From positions 88,598,001-88,662,000 of the forward strand of contig NC_043005.1 of assembly GCF_006345805.1 (NCBI RefSeq): DNA of 64,000 nt, read 5' to 3'. The stretch is from Octopus sinensis (Eukaryota). The notes under the pieces are model-generated. The model was not told the DNA's origin. It searched no databases and saw nothing but the letters and a program-made list of their open reading frames with translations. The position numbers and the translations under genes were made by a program. Positions 1-12,509 of this stretch are shown piece after piece (position 1 is the first letter of the stretch; the number at the start of each line of letters is the position of its first letter).

Positions 1-228
1 ACAGAGCAACAAAAAAGGTTAAATAAAACAGACATTATACTCAACAAAAGTCTGGTAATGTTACTATACACATAAGGTATGAAATGGAAGGACCTGTCTA
101 CTAATGGAACATAAAAAAACATAAATCCCAGATATATGGAAATATCGACACATTGGAAGTGGAGGCTATCATGCATGGCCTAGGAAGATGTCTACTTGAT
201 GGTGGATAGTTGTATGTGATGAGTTTAA

Positions 229-628
229 CCCTTTAGCATTCAGATTCCTTATTTATTTGTTCACATGGTTTTGAATTAATCATGGATTAATAATAATAAT
301 GAAATTATTGTATACAGTGCTCAGGTGCACCACAACTTGTCAGAAAGTGCGTATAAAGTATATGCAGTAATGTACAAATGTCTGGAAAGCGAACAATGTA
401 TGAGTCAGATACATGCTTGTGTGTGTATGGAGGGGAGAAAATCAGGTGTAGTGTTGGCGAATCTCAGAAAGCATGGAAGATTATCTCATAGCTCTGAGAT
501 TTCAATGATGTGATTGTTTATTTTTAGTATGACATTGTAGGGTAGGTGTGAGAGGCTGGATCTGGTCAGTCTGAACATAAAGCAGGGAGAATATCTGGCA
601 GGATGTGGCCAGTTTAAATGTTTAAGGG
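229..628. mobile_element. piggyBac-like non-autonomous element (MITE) with a nested CR1 fragment
   Basis: Ends CCCTTTAGCATT...AATGTTTAAGGG flanked by TTAA at 225-228 and 629-632; related shorter copy at 59149-59339. Confidence 0.6.
290..480 (-). mobile_element. CR1-type LINE 3' end fragment with (TAA)n tail
   Basis: Same sequence as the 3' UTR of the longer copy at 16741-17275; other copies at 30375, 48670 and 61095. Confidence 0.75.
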
Positions 629-959
629 TTAATGTAGAATGGGCTACTGGTACACAGCTTGGGAGTCAGGACCAGATTTAAAATCCAAAGTGGAGAAAGA
701 CAACTGAGGAATTCTGGTCAAACACAGAGTTTGAGTTGGTGAAATTTGGTCGGACAAGGGAAGTATTGAAGGCGAGTCTCTTGAGAGGCATTTGGAAGAG
801 TTAAACCCAGCACTGCAAGTCAACAAAGCACTTGTCTTAAAGTAGGACCACAACACAGAAAGATGGCTCATAAATTTGATTAGAAATACACTTTCAGAGG
901 AAACAGAAATATTTTTGGGTATACAGTGCCCCGAGAGGCTCCGATGCCAGTGCCCCCTG

Positions 960-1150
960 AGTGGCACTCCATGCTGGTGCCATGTAAAAAGCACCATCCG
1001 AACGTGGTCGATGCCAGTGCCATGTGAAAAGCACCCACTACACTCTCAGAGTGGTTGGTATTAGGAAAGGCATCCAGCTGTAGAAACCATGCTTAGAGCC
1101 CAGTGCAGCCCTCTGGCTTGCCAGCACCTGTCAAACAGATGATGATGATG
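960..1150 (+). mobile_element. SINE-like repeat family C (3' end ...GGAAGGGCATCCAGCTGTAGAAA...(GAT)n)
   Basis: Motif recurs at about 33815, 38790, 39290, 46771-47530, 51830, 52855, 53780, 56800 and 60055. Confidence 0.6.
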
Positions 1151-2168
1151 TGTGTGTGTGTCCGTGTCCATCCTCTTGAAGTGACATTGTGTGATGGTTA
1201 TAACTGAATATCACTATCATAAAAGCAATGTCATTCGTTTCAAGTTTCTGTGGGAAAATATGTCTGGCAATGGGGGAATATTCCATTGCTTGGAGACAAG
1301 TGAGAGTTGGTGACAAGAAGGGCATCTAGTCATAGAAAACCTGCCTCAAAATGAACCCCACCTGACCCAGGCTAGCATGAAAAAGTGCATATTAAAATGC
1401 TGTCGACTGGGACGTTTTTTAGTTTTGAATATTAGCCACAATCACATTCCACTGCCAGCTGCAAGACGTAAACCATTGGTACATCAATTGGTCAAGTGAC
1501 AACCTAGCCAATCCATTGTCCATGCTTTGACAAAATACTGCTTCTAATTTAGGGCAGCACTAGTGAATTTGATGGGTTAGTTGATGCCATCAACCCCTGC
1601 AGGAACAAAAGGCAAAGTTGATCACAGCAGGATGTGATCCCAGAATGTAAAATGCCAGAAGAAATACTGAAAAGGCATTTCCTCCAACGCTAACAGTTCT
1701 GTTAGGGTGCCACCCTGTGCTTCCACAAAATATTGAAAGTATAAAAAAAAAATCCACTTCCCAACAAAAGTGTACAGTGGATATTGTAAAACAAAGTTTT
1801 AAATAATTTACACAAAGTTTTTAAAGCATAATTAAAGAGAAAATGTAGACAAAAGGTCAAGATGAACATGAAAAACAGTCAAAACATCAATAAATCGTAT
1901 CATTTCTGCCCTTTGTCCTAATAAAATATATAATCAGTGACTGGAGGGGGGGGGGCAGAGAGAAGGAGAGGGAAGTAAAAGCCTAGCTTGTGTTATCTAA
2001 GCTAACATTTTCAACATTATGTAGCAAACCATCTCAAAAACTTCTAATTATCTTCATAAACTCAAGACTTACGTAATCTTATTGCTAGTTTCTGTTAGTA
2101 GCAGACACAAATAATAATAATAATAACAATAATGACGATGATGATGATGATAATAGTAATAATAATAA

Positions 2169-2727
2169 ATGCTCTGATGTAGTACCAGGCAGTGACTCTC
2201 ATGGCTTCTCATCTTAACTGATCGGAAGTGTTATCATGTTCATTGTTTTGTCTTGGTATAAAAGATGGGCTACAGCAAATATTCTGCTCAATACCACAGA
2301 TTTGCTTGTCAGTTGTTTGATCGTAACCAGTTGAGTATGTCCCTTGGTGGCTGACAATATGTGCATCTCTGATCACAAGCAGAAGTAGTGGGGGAGCATC
2401 ATAGACATGTGTTGAGAGGGATTCTTTGGGGTTTGGATAGTTCGCCCTTGGAAACATGGGTGTTTTGTTCAACATCCTCAAGCAACCACTATTCAGGGAT
2501 CTTTTGAGCGGAATTGGATACTCAATCTGAAGGAAATTCTAACTGGGCCCCACCTGCAAGATCACGAGTTGTTTATCTTGATATAAGATCGCCATGTTGC
2601 GCACATATCATATTGTTGCATGTGCCTAGTGTACCCTTATCAGACGGGTAGTCATGACGGGTATACTGGACTTCGTATATTTTAACCCAGTGTCATTTTG
2701 ATGGCATGCACTGCTCTCTCACTCAAT
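2169..2727. mobile_element. ~560-bp interspersed repeat flanked by (AAT)n on both sides, copy 1
   Basis: Colinear homologue at 18830-19388 with the same ends and flanks; no TIR or long ORF seen. Confidence 0.7.
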
Positions 2728-4766
2728 TAATAATAATAATAATCCTTTCTACTATAGGTGCAGGGCCTGAAATTTTGTGGGGACACACATATACATATGT
2801 ACACAAAGAGCTCTTTTTAGTTTCCCTTATTAAATCCATTTGCAAGGCTTTTGTCAGCTTGGGGTTTGTCCAAGAGGCCATGCAAAAGAACTGAGTTCAA
2901 AATGGTGTGGTTGGGATGCAGACTGCTTAACCATACTGATATATATATATATATATATAAATATATATATGCATATATAAATATATATATGCATATATAA
3001 ATATATATACACACACACAGAGAGGGAATAATCACAAGTGAAATGGCGTTTATCACAGGTCAGCTGTATCAGATCTGTAGTCAGGTTAAACAACAACAAA
3101 ATCAAAAGCGCTCGACTATGTATACTTAAATCATTCCCCAGCACAAGATGTGCGCACGGGTCAGACAGAATTTGTTGAGGCAGATTTCCTGCCACCAACC
3201 CTCACCTGTTCCCAAGCAAAGTAATATTTCCTCAGAAATAAATGACATCACTTGTACGATGGTGATGCTTGTTGAGAGCCATCATGTGATGTCAATATAT
3301 ATACACACACACTCATGATGTGCTTCTTTCAATTCCTGTTTGCCAAATCCACTCACAAGGCTTTGGTTGACCTTTGGCCTGAGGCCAAGTTTGAAGACCC
3401 TTGCTCAAGGTTCAAGCCGTACTCGAGACCTCATGGTTGGGTATCAAGCTTTTCTATACACAACCACACCCATGTTTGATCTTGGCACGTGACCACAAAT
3501 CTGTTTATGAGGCACATGTTGAATACTGAGGTATTTGGGTAAAGGGGAAACTAGATTGGAGGGGGACGGGCGGACGGTAGTAGCCGAGCACAACCATCAT
3601 CTGGCCTTCAGTGGAATCAACTCTGTAATTCCGACTTAAAGAGAAACCACGAGCCATTATTTCTTCTGACTATAGCCCCTTCCATGACCAATCTTAGGGG
3701 GTTGCAAAAAAAAAGGGGGCGGGGGGCGGGTAAGAGGGGGATGATCACTGCCCATCCACTGACGAAACCAGAGGAAAAAGAAGTACCCAACTACCTTAAT
3801 AAAAAAAAAATATCGTAGGTAATGTAATCCTAGAGATATTATGCCTGGGAGAAGGGAAAGAGAGAGTAGTTGGTCACGACTGGAACGTCGCTGATCTTAA
3901 ATCTGCTTAATCAGGTCACATATATGGATGTAACCAACAGCAACCACCTGATCCGACGGTATTTTAAAATATTTTGAAATTTTATTTCGTTCATCTGGGA
4001 AGGCAGAATTAGGAAAACGAAAACTGATGACTCCCGTCCCCGTTCAAAATTCGGGCGGAGTTCTTAAAGAGAAAAAAAAAAAAACCACAGAAGAAAGGGA
4101 AAGTGAGATATAGTTTTCCAAGAAGTTATGCAAAATGAAAGGAATATTAACCAACATCTACCGAAATATTTCGTCAAACAAGTTTTAATGAGAACGAGCA
4201 AAGCTTATCAAGAGATAATTAAACGTTGCAAACCGGAACACAAAGTTTAAGATAGTAATTGAGACAAGATATTCATCCACGCCAACCACATATAAAGATA
4301 TATCAGTTTTCAAAAATCACCATTATACACCCTAATCACATCATACAGACATGCGTAAATTTTTAAGTGCTTCTTTAAATAGTTTCACAGAACACCGAGT
4401 GTTTGTGGCTGTGTGTCCGCGCGCGCAATTACACACACACACACACGTACATATTATATAAACTAAGAGCTGATTTCTAGTTGTCAAGATAAATATTATA
4501 ATTAAGAACATTTAAATTAAATCAATCACCACGACATGTAATGTATCGAACACTGTTTAATATCGATGTCCTTTCTCTTCATAAACATAGTGTGTGTGTG
4601 TGTATACACATACACTGAAATCTATGCACAAACACACGCTGGATTTTGCGTGTATAAACATGTAGAGTAGACAACAATACCATATACATGTGCGCGCGTG
4701 TGTGTAATATATACGCATATCCCATACGCACACAGGTTTATTATGAGTCCACACACACACACATAC

Positions 4767-5037
4767 CTCAAATCTCTGCCGATTTTTCGGGGGTGGATCA
4801 GCCACATTGTACAACTTACACACGGCTCCACCTCTTCGCACCAAGCATTTCCTCTCAATAACGCGGTCATTCATAAACTTTTCGTACAAACAACGAATCG
4901 CATTTATCTTATTTATTCTGTCTCCAGCAGTTACCCCCATCGGTTCCAATAAGCATTTTACCACCATGTACGTGCGCGCGCATAATACATTTACAAGAAT
5001 AGTAGCGACAGTGACTTCGAAGTTGGCCTTCTTCAGA
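4767..5037 (-). CDS. Putative internal exon, product unknown (90 stop-free codons: LKKANFEVTVATILVNVLCART...PPPKNRQRFE)
   Basis: Pyrimidine-rich acceptor ...CCACATCCATAG ending at 5038; donor GAG|GTATGT at 4766; non-repetitive; no family recognised. Confidence 0.3.
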
Positions 5038-5045
5038 CTATGGAT

Positions 5046-5213
5046 GTGGATAGAGGGATGGATAGATGGATGGATGGATATATATATATATATATATAGA
5101 TAGATAGATGGATAGATAGAGGAATGGATAGATAGATGGATAGATAGACGAATGGATAGATAGATGGATAGATAGACGAATGGATAGATAGATGGATAGA
5201 TAGACGAATGGAT

Positions 5214-5250
<37 letters not shown>

Positions 5251-5270
5251 TAGATAGATAGATAGATCGA
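5046..5270. repeat. (TGGA/TAGA)n plus (TA)n compound microsatellite
   Basis: Direct reading. Confidence 0.9.
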
Positions 5271-6841
5271 ACATGGTTTTAGACACTATGGCGAAAACGA
5301 AGTGTGTGTGTGTGTGTATACACATACATACAATTATATATGAAACACCCTCCCATGTCAGATCAGTTTCTTAAATTAGGTCAAAGCAAAAGAAGGAAAA
5401 AAAAAACCCAGATTTCTACTGACAAGTAATAGTTTTTTTTTCTCCCCCTCCCCCAAGAAACTGGAGGGCCGAATTATTTTCACAGAAAAATAAATAGGAA
5501 ATGCAATCAAAGAGGGACGAGAGAAAGACATTACCTAAAATAATGGTGTGCAGTTCTGGAGTGTAGCCCCACATATTCTTTATTTCATTCATAGATATTT
5601 AAACCAAATATTAAGAGTTAAATGTCGCCTCCTAACTTTGTGGAGATTAAGTTTCCCCGTCTGTGAAGGGTGTGGACAGCAATTTAGGATATGTGTTTTT
5701 TTAAAAAAATTCAGGCGTTAATTTCCACAGTTATTATAATGTTTATACAAATAACTGCAGAATAATTCCATGTAAATCAAGGAAGGGACCTTCAAGGTAG
5801 TCGTTAGGCCTGCCAAAGACAGCAGTCGAAGCAGTCTCAAAAGTAATAGGACACATTAAGAAATGTAGTCTCTGGTACAGAGGAAAAGCAAAACAAACGG
5901 AGTGGTCACATATGAGGCGCCTTTTGAGCATAAATTTACTCGATCACGGTTGAGTTAAACAACAACACAGGCGTCATACAAACCGACAAGGGAATCTCTA
6001 CGCAGGCCATCAAACTGATAGCAGACAAGTATCTTGTAAATTATACGCCCACAGACTCGGGATTGGAAGGACACATTTGACAATGCAGTCCTTTGATTAC
6101 GGTTTCGATTCTCATTTAGAATCACTTCACAGGGGGCAGGGTTGAAAAACAAAGCTATGAACACCTGAAACCTCAGATTTCTTAATTTACGTATCCAGTG
6201 TTATTTCACGTAGTAAGGATCTTATTAATGTAGGATATAGGTTGTGGACTTCAACACGGAAACTGATATAAATAAACGGACAGAGTTAACGACTACGTAC
6301 GCCACCCGTTTTCGGCTTAACCAAAACCCTAAACACTGGGTTTACATACTCTTTACTTTCGCCGATAAATGTCTTAGATGTAAAATATATTTTGTGTAGC
6401 CACGTTATTACAACTCGTGCGCATGTCGTACATATCGAGACAAGAAAACTGTGTTGACCCGACAAACACCAAACAGAACCGCCCCCTAACAAAGATACAA
6501 ATGTGGAGTGTTATACATATATGTGCGTTTGCGTAATACATACAGGTGGGGGGTAATTTGAGTGTTAATGCCGAACTACGGTGCCATAGTTCTACAGACG
6601 ATGGTCATCGTGTTCTTCGGTAGAGGCTAAATATAGCTGTATATCTATAACTACATACACTCATAGCTACACACACCTCTATCTATCTACGCGTGCATAT
6701 TTCCCCGAAATGCCATGAAAATCTTCACCGAAAGGCCAATCGGATAAGAATGGTCACTGCCCCAGCAAGGCTACAGATTTCGGACTGAAAGGCATAAAAG
6801 AACGTCACAGTTACGGGGAAAATATCAAAAAACTCGTCACT

Positions 6842-6875
<34 letters not shown>

Positions 6876-7302
6876 TATGTGTGTATGTATATGTATGTAT
6901 GCGAATAATGATATATGTCTAGTTAAACCCGGTTCCGTTAGCTCTGCAGCCATTGTCAGTCAATCCGAAGTCGATAAAGATGAATGAGATTTGTTTTTAA
7001 AATGACAACAAATTAAAAATATTCGATTAAAAATATAATTCACTAAATCCGTAATTAACGGAATGATTATTCTTTCTCTACACATATATCTAATTACTTA
7101 CATAAATATTATTATTATTTTCTTTTATTATAGTAACCTTTAGCAGAGTTGTTACAACAAACAACAGGTTTTATAGAACAAGAACATCAACTATTTAGAA
7201 TGCTGGTAAATCCAATTGCAGAATATGTAATCCTGGTTTTTAACCAGAACACACACCCTAACATGGATTCCTAAACAATTTTGATGTCTGTACAACACAC
7301 AC

Positions 7303-7308
<6 letters not shown>

Positions 7309-7356
<48 letters not shown>
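7309..7356. repeat. (TA)n microsatellite
   Basis: Direct reading. Confidence 0.95.
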
Positions 7357-7357
<1 letters not shown>

Positions 7358-7844
7358 CAATAGTTAGTCTAAAACGGAGTAAAGCTAAGATAAGATTCGT
7401 GCTTCAACAAGGATTGTCAACTCTTTTACTGAAGCTCAAATCCACCCTATTTTTCTTCTTTTCCATTTTTTTTTTGTTTTGCTACTTTAGTAATCAAGAG
7501 AGGAAAGAACGATTTGTAGATATGTTAAACTCAATTGACCCCACCACGTTCCCGATTCCTTTCATATGTATGGCTCTGCTTGTGTTGACGGTGAAAGGAT
7601 GACAATAAAAGTGAAAACTTGGGGCGGGATTTGAACGCAGAAAAGAATCGAGACGGGGAAGCAAAAACGTAGATAAACTAAATGTATAAGATCTTGTTCC
7701 TGTTGTCTATGGTTCGTGCCAATTACAACATTATTGCCATTATTCAACATCATGTTTATATATCATCCGTAACCATTAATCATTCAAATAGCAATTAATA
7801 TCGCAAAGTGGTGTCGTTTCGTAGTTAATTAAACTAATACTCAC

Positions 7845-7997
7845 CCTCATTCGGACTTCGTAATCGGTGTATCGCTTTTTGCCTAGTCCATGTGTTTGTG
7901 GATTGCAGACGTCTATTTCTAGAAAATTGGCCGGAGGTGAATAGGCATCTTCTAAAGTTTGTTTTTTGGGTTGAATGCGAGCAGTGGCCGTATTCAT
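7845..7997 (-). CDS. SNX3: Sorting nexin 3/12 (PX domain), coding exon 1, 51 codons
   Basis: MNTATARIQPKKQTLEDAYSPPANFLEIDVCNPQTHGLGKKRYTDYEVRMR matches the SNX3/SNX12 N-terminus (DAY.PP.NFLEIDV.NPQT...YE.R.R). Phase-0 donor AGG|GTGAGT at 7844, the same position as the vertebrate first intron. SNX3 vs SNX12 cannot be distinguished. Confidence 0.93.
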
Positions 7998-8460
7998 CCT
8001 GACTGTTGGGCCCCGACGGCTTCTGACGTAATCACTTTATGACAACTCAAGGCCCGTAACTCATCGCTTCTTTTTCAACTTCGTCTCGTGTCAGGTCGAA
8101 CCAATGACGCCGGAACCTGACCTATATCTACACATTAGGGCCCCCACCTCTCTCTTGATATATATATACATATTAGGGCCCCCACCTCTCTCTCTCGATA
8201 TATATACACATTAGGGCCCCCATACTGTCCTATGATTTCTTTCTTTGTGATAGTCTGAATAATACTTATTTTTAAGGGAGGCGTAACTTCGGTATACGTA
8301 CCGGAAGTACCGGATAAATTTCAAGAAAGTGTTTTTTTTGTATATATGGGGAGGGGGGGTTAGGGTTAGGGGTGGGAGAAAAGGGTTTCTGTTATCTTCA
8401 GAAATGTAAACAAAGCCACTTCCGGTACTTACGGTACGTATACCGAAGGATCGCCAGGAA
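7998..8460 (-). promoter_or_regulatory. Probable 5' UTR/promoter of the SNX3/12 gene
   Basis: Locally CpG-rich; ETS-type CCGGAAGT motifs near 8301 and 8418 (ACTTCCGG); CRE-like TGACGTAA near 8024; directly upstream of the ATG. Confidence 0.5.
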
Positions 8461-8684
8461 ATTTTACAGAAATTCACTTTCGTAACTCATCACTTCTTCT
8501 TCAACTTCGTCTCGTGTCAGATCGAACCAACTACGCAAGAACCTGAACTATAACTACACATTAGGGCCCCACCTCTCTCGATATATATACATTAGGACCC
8601 CCAAACTGTCCTATGATTTCTTTCTTTGTGATAGTCTGAATAATACTTAATTTTTAAGGAAATTTTACAGAAATTCACTTTCGT
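8058..8684. repeat. Direct duplication of a ~200-220-bp block (about 8058-8277 and 8484-8684) with internal ATTAGGGCCCCCACCTCTCTC repeats
   Basis: Both blocks read AACTCATC.CTTC...CAACTTCGTCTCGTGTCAG.TCGAACCAA...CTGTCCTATGATTTCTTTCTTTGTGATAGTCTGAATAATACTTA. Confidence 0.85.
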
Positions 8685-8723
8685 ATGTGTAGATTATGAT
8701 TATATTGATAAGATGAAAAATAA

Positions 8724-8941
8724 ATTCTGTTGTGTCTGGGGAGAGTCATTTTCTTTTTGTGCCTTATTATTTAACACACTCACCGGTAAAATTTCCACTC
8801 TTTTCTTATTTCTATTGTCCTAAAATTTTCGTTGCGTCTTGCAACCTTTTCAATAGTTTTAAAAAAGTGGAAATTTTACCGGTGAGTGTGTTACATAATA
8901 AGGCACAAAAAGAAAATGACTCTCCCCAGACACAACAGAAT
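8724..8941. mobile_element. Fold-back MITE with ~75-bp terminal inverted repeats
   Basis: ATTCTGTTGTGTCTGGGGAGAGTCATTTTC...CCGGTAAAATTTCCAC is mirrored almost perfectly at 8866-8941. Confidence 0.7.
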
Positions 8942-9099
8942 ATGCTTCAACACACGAACTCATATAAAGAATCTTGCAAACCAAATCCAAAACCGAAATA
9001 TGAAAAATAAAGTTTTTTTTTTAGGAGTTCCAGATCATTCTCTCTCCCCTTCCGACTTTGTTTCCTCATAACTTTCTTTAATATACACGTTTAAATAAA

Positions 9100-9307
9100 A
9101 TTCACCTCAATAGACGTCATTGATTGGTTGAAATTGCCGAAATGCAAGAAATTAAAGAACAAATAGCTTACAAACTACAGAATTTTCTCAAGAAAGCCAA
9201 GAGAAAAAGATGTTTTATAAACACATTCTACCAGCATACGAAGTTTAAAAGTGTTTAGTTACGTGGAAATTATTTTAAAAATCTGTCGGTCAAAGCGAAA
9301 AGATCCC
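9100..9307. mobile_element. Right half of the GGGATCTTTTC-TIR MITE family
   Basis: Homologous to about 12170-12372 and ends GAAAAGATCCC. Confidence 0.6.
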
Positions 9308-9987
9308 AAAAATATTTTGCAGAAATACGTTTTTTGGGTGTAGAATACTATTATGTTGATAACATTAAAAAAATCTTCTTTGAAGGAGTTTCAGATCATT
9401 CTCTCCCTCCGATTTGTTTTCTCATGACTTTAAAACGCCTATTTTTTAATACCATTTCACTCAAATACGTTTCTGAGAGTTTAGATTACGTAACGTTGTT
9501 GTTTGAAACATAATTCGTGAGGAAGAAATAAAAAAAACGCTAAAGTTACAGGAATTGGCAAGAAAGTCGGAACAGAGGAGTGAAAGAACGACCTATAAGA
9601 TATCAATCTACATTTTTTCTAGTTTTTATTCCTATAATTATAATCTTCCCTCTTCAACATTTCATTGAAAAATGTGCATATTTCAGAAAAGGAGGGGCAC
9701 CATTCTGTAGTTATGCCGATTCCTCACTTCATACATGGGTTGAACTGCTAGAAACAACAGTTCAGAAATCTTTTAAGTCAGTGTTTGGTGTCTTTCATAA
9801 AAAGAACGAAGGATACACACGATAATCTGGGTCTAGATATATACAGTGTATAAATAAACAGCGACGAATTAATCATCATTTGACCATCTTTTATTATAAT
9901 CTTCTGGATGAATACTGACCTGAGACCTGTCTTCCATGTGGTTGCTTGAATAGCTAGAAATACCAGCTAAAATCTTGACTAGGTAGG

Positions 9988-10407
9988 AATACCTATTTCT
10001 TTACTACCCACAAGGGGCTAAACACAAAGGGGAGAAACAAGGACAGACAAAGGGATTAAGTCGATTATATCGACCCCAGTGCGTAACTGGTACTTATTTA
10101 ATCGGCCCCGAAAGGATGAAAGGCAAAGTTGACCTCGGCGGAATTTGAACTCAGAACGTAACGGCAGACGAAATACCTATTTCTTTATTACCCACAAGGG
10201 GCTAAACACAGAGGGGACAAACAAGGATAGACATAGGTATTAAGTCGATTACATCGACCCCAGTACGTAACTGGTACTTAATTTATCGACCCCGAAAGGA
10301 TGAAAGGCAAAGTCGACCTCGGCGGAATTTGAACTCACAACGTAACGCAGACGAAATACCGCTAAGCATTTCGCCCGGCGTGCTAACGTTTCTGCCAGCT
10401 CGCCGCC
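9988..10407 (-). mobile_element. tRNA-derived SINE family A with an internally duplicated body
   Basis: Head GGCGGCGAGCTGGCAGAAACGTTAGC (A-box-like) and GAGTTCAAATTCC (B-box-like); well over 20 copies or fragments in the window (e.g. 18040, 22086, 23260, 25757, 27495, 36895, 40030, 41023, 44098, 44943, 54240, 55963). Confidence 0.85.
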
Positions 10408-11149
10408 TTACAAACATCCTATGAACATGTTTCTTACATTTTATAACCTTTTCTTTATCATTTATTTGTTCTGGCTCCGTTTGTCTTTATTTTTATGACT
10501 CAATGAATGTACTCAATGGTCTGTGTATTCACCGAGGACAGGGCCTGTAGAGTGGTGGTCATTGGCCACGTTTTCTTACATTCTCGTTCAAAACGTATAT
10601 GTTGCTGAATTTTAGAAGTATACTTGGTCTATGTATTTTGTTTGCAAGGTTCTTAATGTGAATTAGTGTGTTGAAACAAGTCTTATGTCTTTGGAAGGCC
10701 ATTGCACCAATACTAATAAACACACACACACACACACACACTGGTTGACTAACAAACAACCGATTGATTGCTTAACACAATCGATTAGTAAGTAAGCTAA
10801 ATATTTAAGCAATTGACTAACAATAAAGAAGTGATAATGAACCAGTGCGTGTATCATTATTGTTGGCGTAACGACCCTCCCAAGACAACAAGATTTAGAA
10901 GTATACTTTTGCAGTTATGGGTAATATCAGGAAATATGGCCATACATTCAATAATCATAATTTAACTGTTATCAAATGTTTTTTGGAGCTTATACAAAAT
11001 GATGGAATACTAACTTTTCAAAACAAAAAAATATATATTTCTTATCGTTAAATAAAACAATATGCAAAATGTAAAAATTAACATTTACAAAAAGTTGAAA
11101 AATTTTCTCTCACCATGAATTTCAAAGTGTGTTTGAAATTCATGGCTAT

Positions 11150-11515
11150 GAATTTTTCTTCTTTCCTTTTCTCTTTCTTTCCCTTTTTCTCTCTTCTTTC
11201 TTTCTCCCTCTCTCTCTCTCTCTCTCTGTAGCTTCCTTTTACCCATTGGGTGCCACCAAGCCTCGTACGTGCGCTCATCTTGCACCTCTTATGTTAACAC
11301 TCTGTATCTCGTTTCTACTCTTTCTCTCTCTCACACACACACACACACACACGCAGTCTCCCTCCCCTCTCTCTTTCTCTCTCTCTCTCGCTCACACACA
11401 CACTCTCCTTCCCTCTCGCTTCTACTCTCTCTCTCTCTCACACACACACACGCTCTCCCTCCCCCTCTCTTTCTCTCTCTCACACACACGCACACACTCT
11501 CCCTCCCCTCTCGCT

Positions 11516-11562
<47 letters not shown>

Positions 11563-11582
11563 TCTCCCTCCCCCTCTCTCTG
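11150..11582. repeat. (CT)n/(CA)n low-complexity tract
   Basis: Direct reading. Confidence 0.9.
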
Positions 11583-11983
11583 TGACTTTCTTTCTTGTAA
11601 AGTGTAATTTCAGAATTCAGCCAGCCAGCCAACCAACCAGCCATCTTTACATCGTCTGTTCTTCCGCTGAGGGCGACTTTGCCTTCCATCCCTTCCGGTG
11701 TCGATAAAATAAGTACCAATTGAACACTGGGGTCAATGTAATCGACCAGACCCCTCTACCCTAAAATCGCTGGCCTTGTACCAAAATGGGATACTATTAC
11801 TGTTATTTTATTTATTTACGTTTTATTTTGAGATTAACTTAACATGTCAGAGTATTCGGCCCGCGATCGTCAGGTTGTGAGTTCGTTTCCCGGCGGTGGC
11901 GCTTCGTCCGGCTAAAGGTTTTTGAAGACGATGCACCAGCATGGCCACAGTCTAATGACAGAAACAAGAAAAAGATAAATATA

Positions 11984-12372
11984 GGGATCTTTTCGGTTTG
12001 AACGGCAGTTTTTAACATAATTTCTAGGTAACTAAAAAATTTTAGATTTAGGGTTAGGGTTAGGGTTAGGGGTGGGGGAAGGGTATCTTTTTTTTCTTCA
12101 CAAATATAAATAAACCAAATCTGTTTCTTAAAGGAGGGACATATTCATACGGCACAGAATGTTTTTTTTACCTCAATGGACGTATTTGATTGGTTAAAAT
12201 TGCCGAAATGCAAGAAATTAAAGACGAAATATGTTACAAACTACAGAATTTTCTCAAGAAAGCCAAGAGAAAATGATGTTTTATAAACACATTCTACCAG
12301 TATACGAAGTTTAAAATTTTTTAGTTGACTAGAAATTATGTTAAAAACTGCCGTTCAAACTGAAAAGATCCC
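11984..12372. mobile_element. MITE with ~45-bp TIRs and an internal (TTAGGG)n tract
   Basis: GGGATCTTTTCGGTTTGAACGGCAGTTTTTAACATAATTTCTAG ... CTAGAAATTATGTTAAAAACTGCCGTTCAAACTGAAAAGATCCC; TSD not clear. Confidence 0.8.
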
Positions 12373-12509
12373 AATACAGAACTACATTAAAAGTCCAATT
12401 CCGAAACTGGAAGTAAGAGAGGAAGAAAGAAAAAGAAAGAAAAAGGGAGAGGAAAAAAGGAAAGAAAGAAAAAAAACACACCAATGGGATGCACGTCAGA
12501 AAGCTGAAC

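Noticed and set aside
644-997. 117-aa minus-strand ORF as a gene exon
   Set aside because: Its start lies in a SINE-C fragment, with no recognisable motif and no consistent splice pair
4024-4075. CTGATGA followed by a GC-rich hairpin as another hammerhead (similar isolated CTGANGA at about 3764, 27175, 28834, 48533)
   Set aside because: No GAAA directly after a stem II and no stem I/III partner
5743-6164. Short ORFs on both strands with a possible acceptor at 6165
   Set aside because: Stops in all frames, no donor partner and no recognisable family; too weak to call
1-7844. SNX3/12 exons 2-4 (TNLP.FK...RRRYSDF.WL, PPLPGK, AGHPL)
   Set aside because: Not found on the minus strand by manual scan; presumed to lie left of the window
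11129-11707. Long ORFs in the supplied track (also 29535-30002, 63420-63885, 5038-5325, 21495-21941 and many others)
   Set aside because: They are translations of microsatellites or SINEs (SL, HT, YI, CV runs), not genes
12047-12075. Telomere or chromosome-fusion site
   Set aside because: Only about 3 perfect units, lying inside a TIR-bounded MITE
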